DNA from: Mobula hypostoma
Lineage: Eukaryota
Assembly (NCBI RefSeq): GCF_963921235.1
Contig: NC_086097.1
Coordinates: 77,254,001-77,318,000, forward strand
DNA: 64,000 bases
Direction: 5' to 3'
The notes beneath the pieces are model-generated. The model saw only the letters and a list, made by a program, of their open reading frames with translations, was not told where the DNA came from and did no database searches. Positions 47,901 through 60,732 of the stretch are shown here, piece after piece. Both the position numbers and the translations under genes were made by a program. Within the stretch, counting starts at the first letter, position 1; every line of letters begins with the position of its first letter.

Positions 47901-50875
47901 GAGAATAGACAGTCTTGGGGAGGGGTAGTGCCTAGATGGAGGTCGTGTGGGGTCTGTGAGTTGGCGGGGTGCTAGCTTCCCTTTAACTGAAGGCAATGGT
48001 TAAGTCAGAGTTTATTTGCAGGAGTTTGGTGAGGTCAAGAGTTTCCTCCATCTCCACAGATTTACAGGGTGAATTCAACTGAGGTTGCAGGTGGTCGTTT
48101 TAGCAGGCGGGTCCCCAACTCAGCTGCAAACAAGATGAGCAGGTGAAGTGAGAATTGTGAGTGGAGAGCCAGGGGTAACCCAAGATGAGAGGAGTGTCGA
48201 GTGAGTTAATAAGAAGGAATTGGATAAACTCACGGTGCTGTCTGAGGCTCATATGCACAGGCCAGGTGTGAGCTTTGACTATCCCAGACTCCAAGGGACA
48301 TCTGTCAATAGTCGTGATGTTGTTGCAGAGGTGAGAGATAGTTACAGTAGGGAGTCCAAGCTGTATACACAGAGTTTGATTCAGAAAGTTGTCTGCTATG
48401 CCAGAAACCACCTGAGCCTCCTGTGTGTGTAGAGCCGACGGAGTGGAGGAGGACAGCGAGAGTGAGATGGGCTATGCTGCTGGAATGAGGGGCTGGTGAG
48501 AGCTTGCCAGGTAGAAAGACCTTGTTTCTACTTGGAGGAACCATTTCATGGACAGAGTGGGCATTTGATACATGGGGGATCAGCTGTTCTGCAGTAGGTG
48601 CACAAGTTGTTCCTCCACTGATGCTTGTGTTCAAGGGGGTTAAGGGAGCTCCTGCTAAATACATGGGTTCTGTAGGTGTTGGTGATGAGGGTCCTGCAGC
48701 CTGAAATGGTTCTGGGAATGGAACTGGGGATCTTGCTGAATATCTGGAGGGTTGTTTCATAAGACACATCAATACTAAGAGCCAGAATGATGAGGCTTTC
48801 AAGTTCGGTGGGCATTTCCCTGGTATGACCTTCCAAGTACTCTGAGAGGCTGTAATGGAAATGGGCTGGCAGAGCTTCTGCAGTCAAGCTGCACTTCACC
48901 ATGAGAGTTTCATGGTGTAATCCAGCACAGGGCATGAGCATTGATGCAGGTTAAGTATCTGATCTTCTGCCTCCCTTATACTCCCTGGATGGTTGAAAAC
49001 TTGATGCATCTCAGTGGAGAAATCTTCATATTATTTGCAAATAGTGGCTTTGTTGTCCCATCTGGCAGTGATTCAGGTCAGAACTTACCCAGTCAAGAGA
49101 GATATGATGAAGGTGATCTTTGCCCAGTCAGTAGAATACTGGGATGGCTGCTCCTTGAATCGCAAGACACACTGGCACGGGAAGTTGTGGCATTGGACTG
49201 GAGATCCATCAAAACATTTGGACATGGGAATCCGGGGCCCGGAGGGAGGAGGTTGACTGGTGTAGAGTTGCTGCACCGAGGCTCAGAGTTGGATGAGGAT
49301 GGTGGCCAGATGGCCAATGGTTGCCTTCTGCTTCTGGATCGTGTGTTCATGTTGGTGGATAGCTTCTTTTAAGTGAGCATACTCTACTGGGTCAATTGAT
49401 GGTTCACTTATCTTGTCAGGAAACGTAGAGGAGGCTTGACCCAAAAGCTTGACCAATAAAGTTAATTATAGTTCGCAAAATAACAATTGATGAGGAGCCA
49501 CAAAACAAGAGGGAACAGAAGGTAAACACCACAAGCAACAAGGTAAACTTTAGGCAGGGAGAGTGAAAGCTGGGAGAAACTGGTTGAGACTGACTACTTC
49601 AATGAGTGAAGGAGGACTGTGGATGAGAACTGGGGTTAAATAAACTGCAGGTGATGAGTCTGGAATGGGTGGCAAGTTAATCCTATTAGCTGGATGGAGA
49701 CTGGGAGGAGCCTGTATATGCAGACTAGGAGGTGTCAGTGGAAGCAGGACTGACACCACAGTGGGAATTCCACCTGCAGCACACAGGTAGAGATTGAGAA
49801 ATGGAGAATTAGGAGAACTTGGGCAGCAGCATTTATAATTTAATCTGTTTTCCTTCAATTTATCTTTTCTCAACTCTTGCTGAGAACCTCGCAATGCCTG
49901 TGCACCTTATTTCTGATACTGTCCCTTCTCCTTCCACCTCTTCTTCTTCTCTGGTGGTAGCAGTGAAGGAGACTATCATCCAGCAAGTCACCTTTTTTTT
50001 ATTCATACCTCATCAATCCAAGATAGCTTATATGAGGGTGGGGTTCAGTCCATGAGATAGCAGCACTGGCAGTGATGAAAAGGACATCTAGTGACAGGAA
50101 TCAAAGAGCCAAAATATGAAGAACTCAACTCGAATCACTGTCCATCCCTTTGCCTTTAAGGGAAAGACCTTGAAAATCGGTAGTGGTGGCACTATGGAAG
50201 CTAACTATGGAGAAGAACATCTCTAGAAGGCTTGGTTGTTCTACTACAACATATGAGTTGACACCAGTCCTCTTGGTGCAGTGAGGTCTTCAATGCAAGA
50301 GTCATATCTTGTCGTTTTGCTATTTTGAACTCTATGATCGCATTTTACTTAAATTCACTGACTCAAAAATAAGCATTGGCAGGTTTCCTTTCTCTTCCCC
50401 TGTCCAAGAAAAACAAATTCAGGACATCCCACTGGTGTCTAATTTTGTCTTTTTCACTTGATAGGAAGCCAGGAACATAATGTTAAACCAATATATTCCC
50501 ACTTGAGGCTCTTCGTGATCTGAAACTGAGCTACTGTTATTTCAAATTCCACGGCCTTTGTCTTTCCAAACAAAATAAGGGAGAATGCATATCATTCCTT
50601 GACAGGAGTTGTGTACTTTTCCAATAAGCTTGTCACTCATACTCCAGGTTTGGTCCATTCCATAGCAGTGAATTAACTATCTATTTTTCCATTGCAATCA
50701 AATGGCCATCAGATTTCCTTAAAATTCAGGGTTTAAAAGTAACTTTGTACTTGATTCTAGTTTGCATTTCTCAGTTAGAGAAATGCACAATTCAGGTTGG
50801 AGAGATTGGTTAAGGGAATGAATACTTCAATATCCTTGGAGCATGACATTAAAAGGATTTAATGGAAAATAGATA

Positions 50876-51225
50876 CACTCAATGGCTACTTTATTAGGCA
50901 CATCTGTTTGTTAATGCAATTATCTAATCGTTCAATCACGTGGCAGCAATTTGAGGCGTAAAAGCACGCAGACATGGTCAAGAGGTTCATTTGTTGTTCA
51001 GCCCAAGCATCAGAATGGGGAAGAAATGTGATTGAAGTGACTTTGACCGTGGAATGATTGTTGCTGTCAGAGAGTATCAGATATTAGAAATCCTGGGATT
51101 TTCACAAACAACAGTCTCTAGAACAGGGATTCCCAACCTGGAATCCATAGACCCCTTGCTTAATGATATTGGTCCATGGCATAAAGAGTGTTGGGAGCAC
51201 CTGCTCTAGAGTTTACAGAGATTGG
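50876..51225 (+). mobile_element. Tc1-like transposon 5' fragment
   Basis: TA|CACTCAATGGCTACTTTATTAGG terminus; transposase start 'MGKKCD*SDFDRGMIV...LGFSQTTVSRVYRDW'. Confidence 0.8.
51124..51203. mobile_element. 80-bp hAT/Charlie-like MITE
   Basis: TIRs CAGGGATTCCCAAC and GTTGGGAGCACCTG; 8-bp TSD CTCTAGAA/CTCTAGAG (51116-51123 and 51204-51211). Confidence 0.85.
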
Positions 51226-52559
51226 TACTTGCTGTTATGTTTATATCCCTCTATCCAGCATTGCTGTACAGAAGTCAACTATTGTCTTACCTCATCATTT
51301 CAGAGAACCTCAAAGAAAGTTACTAAAGTAGTTTGGCAAGAATTCATGTCAATCTCTTTCTGCTCTCCTCATGCCTCCTTTTCATGATGCTGTTTTCATC
51401 CCTCAGTACGACTTTAACTCAAATTAACGTTCAAGGACTTGGAGTTTCAGTGTCATTTCTGTACTATTCTTTTTAACACCCAAGTATATTAAAACCGAGT
51501 GTAATAATGAGAATTAATGATAGGGTTCTGAGATAGATAATCTACCCAGGCAAATAGAAGTAGGTATCTGGGTTCTGTAGCTCCTGTATTTGGGAGACTA
51601 TGGATGAGAATTTAATTCAAAACTAAGGTTCTTTGAACACATACTAATTTATAGCATGAGTGCCACTGGCTGTGTGAATGAGTAATTATGTGTTCTCAGT
51701 TAATATGCTCTGTGAGAATACAGAATAGTCAGATTATGATGTCAGTGCAATAATACCTTGTGAGTAGGACCAGCATTTCAGAACTCAATCTGCTAGCAAT
51801 GCTCTGAATTAATTACACAGCTGAACAGGTGCTTTGGTGATGGAAGACCTGTTGAAGGGACCATCATCTACATTCTGGGTAGTTACGAGATGATTAATGC
51901 ATGGCATGGTTGTTTGAATGGTCTGTGCTTCTTTGAATTTGCTAAGGGTTGCTTGGAGAGATGTGCCAGATGCTGAGGGAGTTTGGGTTTTTGCAAAAGC
52001 CGGTTTGTCACAGTCATGAGTGGATTAGTATGCCTTGCTTTGGATCACAGAATGACTGGGAGAATGAGGAGGGCATCAAGAATAAAACAATACCATAAGA
52101 CAGTGAGTGGAGGTAGAGGAGAAGGCAAGATTTCTATAATATGAATATCAACAAGGAGTATGGAATGTTTGAAAAAGATGCCCTCACTGAAATCTGCCAG
52201 GCTGAACCAGGTGCACCATCCCAGCTAGTCCCATTCACCAGTATTTTATAGACTGACTTGTAGATATAGACTCATTTTAAATTATGTGGGTGTGCTTATC
52301 CTTTCAGAGAAAGCTTTCTTTAAAATGTTGTGATTCTATTGTTATTAACTTCCTCTGGTAGCTGGATGACAATGAAAGTAAAATGCAGTGGAACTCAGAC
52401 AATTTGTTATCTGGCTATTCGGTAATCCTGATGGTTTGGCATCGGGCTCACTAGGTAATTATTGTGTCCATTTCTCTAGGTCTGGGATCCTTAGGCTCCC
52501 TTTCCAATCAGTGGGCTTCTGGTATGCACACTCCCTTTCAAAGGAAACTTTATGATCAT

Positions 52560-52920
52560 ACTACGTAACATCCAAGAACAATAGTGAGGTAGAGGAGTGT
52601 TGTGGTATGGATAGAAATAGAAAGAACATCCAACAGAGTCCGGAACACCATCCAGGACGTGTCCTCTTCTCAGTACTGCCATCAGGAAGGAGGTTTTGTA
52701 GGGCCTGAAAACCCAGGCTTGATGACTTAGGAACAGCTTCTGGTTCTCTGCCATCAGGTTTCTGTCTGAACGGCCCATGATCACTACCCCGGTCTTCCTC
52801 TTTTGCACTATTTATTTATTTATGGTAATAATGGTAATTTTTAATATCTTGCGCTGTGCCCTGCTGCAAAAGAACAAATTTCATGACGTACGTCAGTAAT
52901 AACAAACTTGATTCTAATTC
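52560..52920 (+). mobile_element. Rex1/Babar 3' fragment
   Basis: 'CACCATCCAGGACG...CTGCCATCAGGAAGGAGG...AGGAACAGCTTC' and tail AATAACAAACTTGATTCTAATTCT. Confidence 0.7.
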
Positions 52921-53699
52921 TTAGAATCTGTTGGTCTAGCTCCAGTTTTGCACACTGAAGCAAAAGCTATTCATCCATTAATGTTGGTTTTTCAATGCTG
53001 ACACACATTGGCTGGTGTCATCGTGAATAAAAGATTGCTGTAATTGATACAATTCACAATTTGGGGTACCCTGCTGCAATGTTTCATCACATAACACACT
53101 GATTGCATTCTGCTTTCATCTCAGTTAGCTAGCTCTTGAACTTTACATGATACTTGCAACAAAGCTGGAGAGCACAGGGGAACTTGATACCCAGCCGATT
53201 TACCGTCCATTTATCACTCATGCATTCAGGATTTTCATGGGTTAATTTCTAGAATTCAACTTCCAAAGCACTGATGAAAACCTCGGAATCTTGAATATCC
53301 CTGGGGTACCTGGTGCAGGGATAGCTGCTGGACAGTGATGATGCTTGATTTATTGTGTCTGCTAGGTATTTCAAATTGTTTGTGAAGAAATTGGAGCAAA
53401 TTTTCCAAGAATTAGCAGAGCACTCAAAAGCAGTTTTTATAGACAACCAATAGATATCAGTAGAGAGTGGGTTTTCAGAGCACAGGCAAGGAATGAGTTG
53501 GGTTTAAAGGGGCAACATACAAGAAGCAAAGTTCTAACCACCATCTTCTCAATGCTCACCAATGTGGAAATTGTATCAGAATAGTGCATGCTGCCAATTT
53601 GTTTGAAAAAGATTGAAGAGTTATGTTTGTTAACTTCTCAGAGCCCTTATTCTGAATAGGTGATGGTCATCTGCCATTGGCCAATGCCATTCATGCATG

Positions 53700-54015
53700 G
53701 TTGTTGGACAAACAGCTAGAATTTTGAATTCAAATCCCACAATTATACCTAAGGAATTTAAATCCAAGTAAGTAAACACACTTGGGATTCTACTAGGTGA
53801 CCATGAAACTACTAGACTGCTGTAAAAATCTATCTCGTTCACTAAAGTAATTAATTAAAGGAAATCTGGTTCACTCAAGCAATTAATGAAAGGAAATTTA
53901 CCTTCCTTAACCAGTCTAGCTGAAATGTGATCCTGGACCCACCAACACGGTTGTGTTTTAACTGGCTGCCCAGTTTAGAAATAATTAGGGACTGTCAATA
54001 AATACCAGCGTTGTC
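53700..54015 (+). mobile_element. Old SINE-like repeat with an internal ~32-bp tandem duplication
   Basis: 'TTCAAATCCCAC', 'GTGACCATGAAAC' and a duplicated 'TTCACT...AGGAAAT' (53838-53900); tail AATTAGGG...CAATAAATACC. Confidence 0.5.
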
Positions 54016-54315
54016 AATGTTGTCCAGTGGAAGACCAATGTTGATGTATTGATGAGGCTGCAGCACAGTGTACAGCAGACCTCCGCTCAGTAAAGGTAGC
54101 TGACTTCACTGACCGAAAGTCTGTGACACTTGGTGAGACCCTGCCCTAGGTCTCACAGTCCAAGAATGTTATTAAAAAACATTATTATTAAAAATCCCAC
54201 TGCAAACTATTAAAAAATGTACAGAACATTAAAATACACCTAAACAAAATAATAGTCCAACTACCTACTAGTCTCTGGACAACCATTTCTTCCCATTCAT
54301 AGGTTACTGTACTTA

Positions 54316-54410
54316 TTGTCCTAATGAAGGTTCTTGGCCCAAAACATCAACTTGCTTATTTCTGTCCATGGATGCTGCCTGACCTGCTGAGTCCCCCACC
54401 ATCTTGTGTG
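54316..54410 (+). mobile_element. Penelope-derived short repeat
   Basis: GTCCTAATGAAGGTTCTTGGCCCAAAACATCAAC...GATGCTGCCTGACCTGCTGAGT; hammerhead core is mutated. Confidence 0.65.
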
Positions 54411-55220
54411 GGTGCTGTACTCACTATTTATTTGAACAGCTCAGAATCACTGATACAGATTTCCACCCTTGGGAGTCAGGATGTGGGATTGCTTGGGAAT
54501 CTGCTGGTTCTGTAGAAGGCATTGGCATGTGTAGCAGATTAGAAAAACAACAGATTTCACAACATATGCCAGTGATATCAAACCTAATTCTGATTCAGAT
54601 TTAATTTAGGACAGCCAACACTGAAATGACAATGGCACATCTGACAGAATTAATGGTGTCCTGAGGTCATAACACATGCAATGATAAAGCTGTGTGAAGT
54701 GATATGGAAGTAAGTCGAAGGAAGGGAAGTGTAAACACAATCATAAAGCCTTGGTTTAATAGAATAGAAGCACAGCACAACCTAGGAGTTCAATGTGCTG
54801 AAAAGGTTAATAAACTCATGAAAACTGCAAGTGATATCACAGATTAGGTGCACCAAACAATTCATAAAGATCTTTAGGTTTGGTAGCTTCCACTGTGCAC
54901 TAAGCAGCAGTGACTGTGTTTCCAAAATCAGTTCCAGATGAATCAATAGAAATGAATTCCAGGAGTGGGGTGCACATGCTGGCTCAATTAGATATGAGAC
55001 AAATGCAGATGAACTTCTACCTGCTGCAACAGTTTTCACGGGAGTTTAGAAGGTGAATATGAATCTTGACAAAGTTGTTTGAAAGCAGGATATATATGGA
55101 AATAAGGAAAAGCTATTTTCTCCTGTTTTTTACATCAGAGGGTTTTTATAGCATAAAGGTGAATGTGGATAACTCTTTCAAGAAGGTGTAACTGGCTGAT
55201 TGGAACCATATTTTTGGGGT

Positions 55221-55253
55221 TCCAAGGCAATATTCCTTCAATATTGCCTTGGA
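55221..55253. repeat. Perfect 14-bp inverted repeat with 5-nt loop
   Basis: TCCAAGGCAATATT-ccttc-AATATTGCCTTGGA. Confidence 0.9.
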
Positions 55254-56285
55254 GCAGTAGCTTGGATTCTGGTGAGAATGTTCATGATACGTGTCTAGAA
55301 TCTGTTTGTTCAGTAGCTAAATTGTAATTGATTAGATTAAACCATCATATATGAAATAGGTACCAAGATGCAAGAAAACAGACCAAATGAAGTGTCAGAA
55401 TCAAATTTATGTGCAATCAATTTATGGTTATCAAGATTTTATTTTACCAAACTAACCATATAAAACAAATAAAATTACATATATATTTTTAAGTTCAAGT
55501 ATACAACATCTTGAAGAGCATTAAACAACCAGCATTTAATTTTCTCATTATTATTAGACATGTTATTCTATGATTCTGTCGGATGCAGCTAGGATTAGAA
55601 TGGATACAATTTGAGCTGGCACTGCTGTAAGTGTGATGGCTGTGCTGTATCATTTATGGATTTTTATGACTTAAGATGTTTAAATGGATACGATATGCTC
55701 TGTAATACAGGATGTGCACTCAGTACCTCTGCAGTGAATCACCTGCCTCTAACAATTTGCAGGAAAGCAAAGTGCGAACATGCACAGAAGTGTCTTTGTA
55801 CAACTAAACCTGTGGCCCACTGACAAAATACAAATGCTTCTGGGGGCTGACTTTCTGATGGAGTTCTTAGAATTAAATTATTTTTAAGCGAGAGCAATTC
55901 AAGTAAAAACTTAACAACAGCAGTAGCTTGAAGATTTTCGGATTGATTCTTGAATTGTTGACCTGTGCCTAATTTTATTATGACTAGAGTAAAAACATTC
56001 ACCTCAGTCTGACTGTCCTAACTATTGAAATTAATTTTTTTGTATGGAAACGCTAAAACTTTAGAGTTAGGATAATGAAACATTAGCTGCAAAACCACCT
56101 GTAGCTGGTTCATCATAGGTTTTTGTTTTGACTTTAAGCACTTAAATTATGCATGAAGAGATTTAGTTTTTAATTATGCTGTCTGCCCTTGAGGTAAGAA
56201 TACTAGTGCTTACAAGTCCCTGTATAAGTTATGGGAAATTATGGCACTGCAAAGTGGCAACTCTTTGCATTCAGCACATCAAATA

Positions 56286-56635
56286 CAGTGGATCCTGGTT
56301 AATTGGGATACATAGGGACCAATACATTTAGGTTCAATTAAGCAGGAATCTTAATTAGCCAAAATACATGGAAATAGTTAAAAAGGAAAAAAACTACTGT
56401 TCTTTTGATTGACTGTAAATGACTAAAATCAGCGCAGACACCTAGTGCAGGTAATGAACTGCCTTCATACAAAGCAATCAGTGATTGCATTCTCCAAATC
56501 TTCATTTCCAAGGTATTATGGATACTTTTGTAATTCCAAACTTGTTGAAGTAGTGAAATCATTTCACTTTCACACTTGGCCATTTCTGCCATCTTCAAGC
56601 CTGAATGCTTGAAACTGTAGTGAGTGAAACAGTTT
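56286..56635. mobile_element. Tigger/pogo-like DNA transposon relic
   Basis: TA|CAGTGGATCCTGGTTAATTGGGA terminus of Tc1/mariner-pogo type; cut off by the CR1 that follows. Confidence 0.5.
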
Positions 56636-59020
56636 CATAGAACATAGAAAGCCTACAGCACAATACAAGCCCTTTGGCCCACAAATCTGTGCCGAACATG
56701 TACTTATTTTAGAAATTACCAAGCGTTACCCGTAGCCCTCTATTTTTCTAAGCTCCATGTACCTATCCAGGAACATCTTAAAAGACCCTATTGTATCCAC
56801 CTCCACCACAGTCGCCGCCAGCCCAGTCCATGCACTCACCACTCTCTGCGTAATAAACTTACAACTAACATCCCCTCTGTACCTACTTCCAAGCACCTTA
56901 AAACTGTGCCCTCTTGTGTTATCCATTTCAGCCCTAGGAAATAGCCTCTGACTATCCACACGACCAATGCCTCTCATCATCTTATACACCTCTATCAGGT
57001 CACCTCTCATCCTCCATCGCTCCAAGGAGAAAAGGCCAAGTTCACTCAACCTATCCTTGTAAGGCATGCTCCTCAATCCAGGCAACATCCTTGTAAATCT
57101 TCTCCGCATCCTTTCTATAGTTTCCACATTCTTCCTGTAGTGAGGTGACCAGAATTGAGCACAGTACTCCAAGTGGGGTTTGAACACAGTCCTATACAGC
57201 TGCAACATTACTCCTTGGCTCTTGAACTCAATTCCCACGGTTGATGAAGGCCAATGCACCATATGCCTTCTTAACTACACAGTCAACCTGCGTAGCAGCT
57301 TTGAGTGTCTTATGGACATGGACCCCAAGATCCCTCTGACCCTTCACACTGCCAAGAGTCTGACCATTAATACTATATTCTGCCATCATACTTGACCTAC
57401 CAGAATGAACCAACTCACACTTATCTGGGTTGAACTCCATCTACTACTTCTCAGCCCAGTTTTGCATCCTATTGATGCCCCGCTGTAACCTCTGACAGCC
57501 CTCCACACAATCCACAACATCAGCAAATTTACTAACCCATCCCTCCACTTCCTCATTCAGGTCATTTATAAAAATCACGAAGAGAAGAGGGCCCAGAACA
57601 GATCCCTGAGGCACACCACTGATCACCAACCTCCATGCACAATATGACGCACCTACAACCACTCTTTGCCTTCTGTGGGCAAGCCATTTCTGGATCCACA
57701 AAGCAAAGTCCCTTTGGATCCCATGCTTCCTTACTTTCTCAATAAGCCTTGCATGGGGTACCTTATCAAATGGCTTGCTGAAATCCATATACACTACCTC
57801 TACTGTATTGCCTTCATCAACGTGTTTAGTCACATCCTCAAAAAATTCTATCAGGCTTTTAAGGAATGACCTGCCTTTGGCAAAGATCATTGCCAGAGGC
57901 TCGGCAATCTCCTTCTTCAGATCCCATAGTAACCTGGGGTATATCTCGTCCGGTCCTGGTGAGTTATCCAACTTGATGCTTTCCAAAAGCTCTAGCACAT
58001 CCTCTTTCTTAATGTCTATATGCTCAAGCTTTTCAGTCTGCTGTAATTCTTCCCTACAATCGCCAAGGTCCTTTTCCTTAGTGAATGCTGAAGCAAAGTA
58101 TTCAATAAGTAACTTTGCTATCTCCTCCGGTTCCATACACACTTTTTCACTGTCACACTTGATTGGTCCTATTCTCTCATGTCTTAGACTCTTGCTCTTC
58201 ACATACTTGAAGAATGCCTTGGGGTTTTCCTTATTCCTGCTCGCCAAGGCCTTCTCACGGCCCTTTCTGGCTCTCCTAATTTCATTCTTAAGCTCCTTCT
58301 TGCTTGCCTTATAATTTTCTAGATCTTTATCATTATCTATTTTTTTGAACCTTTTGTAAGCTTTTCTTTTCTTCTTGACTAGATTTTCAACCTCCTTTGT
58401 ACACCATAGTTTCTGTACCCAACTATCCTTTCCGTCTCATTGGAACGTACCTATGCAGAACACCGTGCAAATATCCTCTGAACATTTGCCACATTTCTGC
58501 CGTACGTTTCCCTGAGAATATCTGTTCACAATTTATGTTTCCAAGTTCCTGCCTGATAGCTTCATATTTCCCCTTACTCCATTTAAATGCTTTCCTAACT
58601 TGTCTGTACCTATTCCTCTCCAATGCTATGGTAAAGGAGATAGAATTGTGATCATTATCTCCAAAATGCTCTCCCACTGAGAGACCTGACACCTAACCAG
58701 GTTCATTTCCCAATACCAGATTATGTACAGCCTCTCCTCTTGTAGGCTTATCTACATATTGTGTCAAGAAACCTTCCTGAACACCCCTAACAAACTCCAC
58801 CCCATCTAAACCCTTTGCTCTAGGGAGAAGCCAATCAATATTGGGGAAGTTAAAATTCCCTACCACGACAACCCTGTTATTTTTGCCTCTTTTCAGAATC
58901 TGCCTCCCTATCTGCTCCCCGATGTCCCTGTCACTATTGAGTGGTCCATAAAAAACACCCAGTAGAGTTATTGACCCCTTCCTGTTCCTAACTTCCACCC
59001 ACAGAGACTCAGTAGACATC
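56636..59020 (-). mobile_element. CR1 LINE, 5'-truncated, with an internal RT deletion
   Basis: EN 'ESLWVEVRNRKGSITLLGVFY...GNFNFPNIDW'; RT 'YMDFSKPFDKV' and 'GVPQGSVLGP'; tail CATAGAACATAGAA on +. Confidence 0.92.
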
Positions 59021-59029
59021 TTCTCATCA

Positions 59030-59950
59030 CTAACAGTCAGCACTATGCACCTCAAAGATGTGTGTTTAGCCAACTGTTGTACTGTCTCCATACCCATGAC
59101 TGTGTAGCTAGGCACAGTTGAAATGTCATCTATAAATTTGCCAGTTACAGTACAATTTTTGGCAAAATTTCAGATGGTTATGAGGAGGCATACAGGAGTG
59201 AGATAGATCAGCTGATTGAGTGGTGTCGCAACAACAGTCTTATGCTCACGATCAGTAAGTCCAAGGAATTGATTATAGACTTCAGGAAGGCGAAGTTGAG
59301 GGAACACATATCAGTCCTTATCGATTATGAGCAGTGGAAGGGGTGAACAGTTTCAAGTTCCAGGGTGTCAACATCTCTGAAGATCTATCCTGTGCCCAAC
59401 CTATTGGTGCAATCACAAAGAAGGCATGACAGTCACTATATTTCATTTGGAATTTGAGAAGATTTGTTACGTCACCAATGACACTTGCAGATTTCTATTG
59501 ATGTACCGTGGAAAGCATTCTAACTGTCTGGTTTCGAGGGGCACTGCACAGGATCGGAAAAAGCTGCAGAAAATTGCAAGCTCAGCCATCTCCATCACGG
59601 ATATTAGCCTCGCCAGCATCGAGGACATCTTCAAAAGGCAGCACCCATCATTAAGGACTCCCACCACCCAGACAGTGGTCTCTCGAGGATGAGGTACTGA
59701 AGCTTGAAGACACACACTCAACATTTTAGGAACAGCTTCTTCCCCTCCACCATCAGATTTCTGAATAGACAATGAATCCATGTACACTACCTCACTATTT
59801 TTCTCTGTCTTTTTGCACTACTTATTTAATTTAGTTTAACTTACTATATATATTTAATGTGACTTATAGGTTTAAAAATACAGTCAGCACTACATGCTGC
59901 CTGAAACAAATTTGATTATACAGGGATTATACACCGGATTCTGATTCTGG
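59030..59950 (+). mobile_element. Rex1/Babar 3' fragment
   Basis: DNA parallels the reverse complement of 18180-18950 (SKSKELIIDFRK, FKFQGVNISEDL); tail GATTCTGATTCTG. Confidence 0.8.
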
Positions 59951-60617
59951 AAACAAGAAATGCACAGATTATGGCACCAATGGCACCTCCCTTCAAGCAA
60001 CAATGGGTTAATGCTAGCAGTGTTAAATTGGACACATCTAACCAGCTAAACACATGTATAAATCTTGTGTCGAGAACTTGTCAATGAATAACCACCAACT
60101 CATGCGATGACTAGAATGTTTACCGGAGAGATAGTTGTACCTCTTTGCTCGAATTTGACTGTTGGATAGCTTGCAAAGGAGCGATAGAGAGATGTGACTT
60201 GAGGTGGAATTTAACAAAAACCTTTAATAGCTACTGGTAGATATAGTGGTTTTAACTGGTGTGTTTCTCATGCTGCTGAGCAGGAGAAATGTGACTACAG
60301 AACAATGCTCTCTGTCATAAAAGGAGGGGGTAGGGGAGTGAAAGAAAGTTTGTGAACAGGAGATCCTATCCTTAGCCAGTTCTTCCAGAAAATTTCTCTT
60401 TTATTAATAAATGGGGGAACAATGCTGGGCCAGAAATACTTTGCAGTTTAATCAGGTTTGGGTGGTTAGTTTTTTGGAATGCAAAGAAATGAAGTGATAT
60501 GGAGGTCTGGCAGGAGGATGGAGTTGAGACTAAATATCACATAAGCCAATGTTTGGCCAGGCTCAAGGAACTGTTTTGGCTATTTCAGCTTCTTTCAACC
60601 GCAGGCAGATATAGAAC

Positions 60618-60732
60618 AGGCAACACACTCAAAATACTGGAGGAACTCAGCAGGTCAGAAAGCATTTATGGAGAGGAATAAGGAGCTGATGTTTCAGGCT
60701 GAGACCCTTCAACATTGGATTTCCAGCATCTT
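60618..60732 (-). mobile_element. Penelope-derived short repeat
   Basis: CAACACACTCAAAATACTGGAGGAACTCAGCAGG...GATGTTTCAGGCTGAGACCCTTC. Confidence 0.7.

Larger units (their letters stand above)
41884..49755 (-). mobile_element. Second sushi-like Gypsy element, gutted: partial 3' LTR (41884-~42112), gag-PR-RT start (~47905-49400), 5' LTR (49414-49755)
   Basis: Both LTRs start TGTCAGGAAA..AGAGGAGGCTTGACCC, and the 5' LTR ends GACTGACA on +. Gag 'CFDGSPVQCHNFPCQCVLRFKEQPSQYSTDWAKITFIISLLTG'; PR '(V)SGIADNFL...PLILGYPWLSTHN'. Confidence 0.8.

Noticed and set aside
53253..53340. Possible small exon (FNFQSTDENLGILNIPG)
   Set aside because: Splice signals are weak and the peptide is not recognised; unsupported without transcript evidence.
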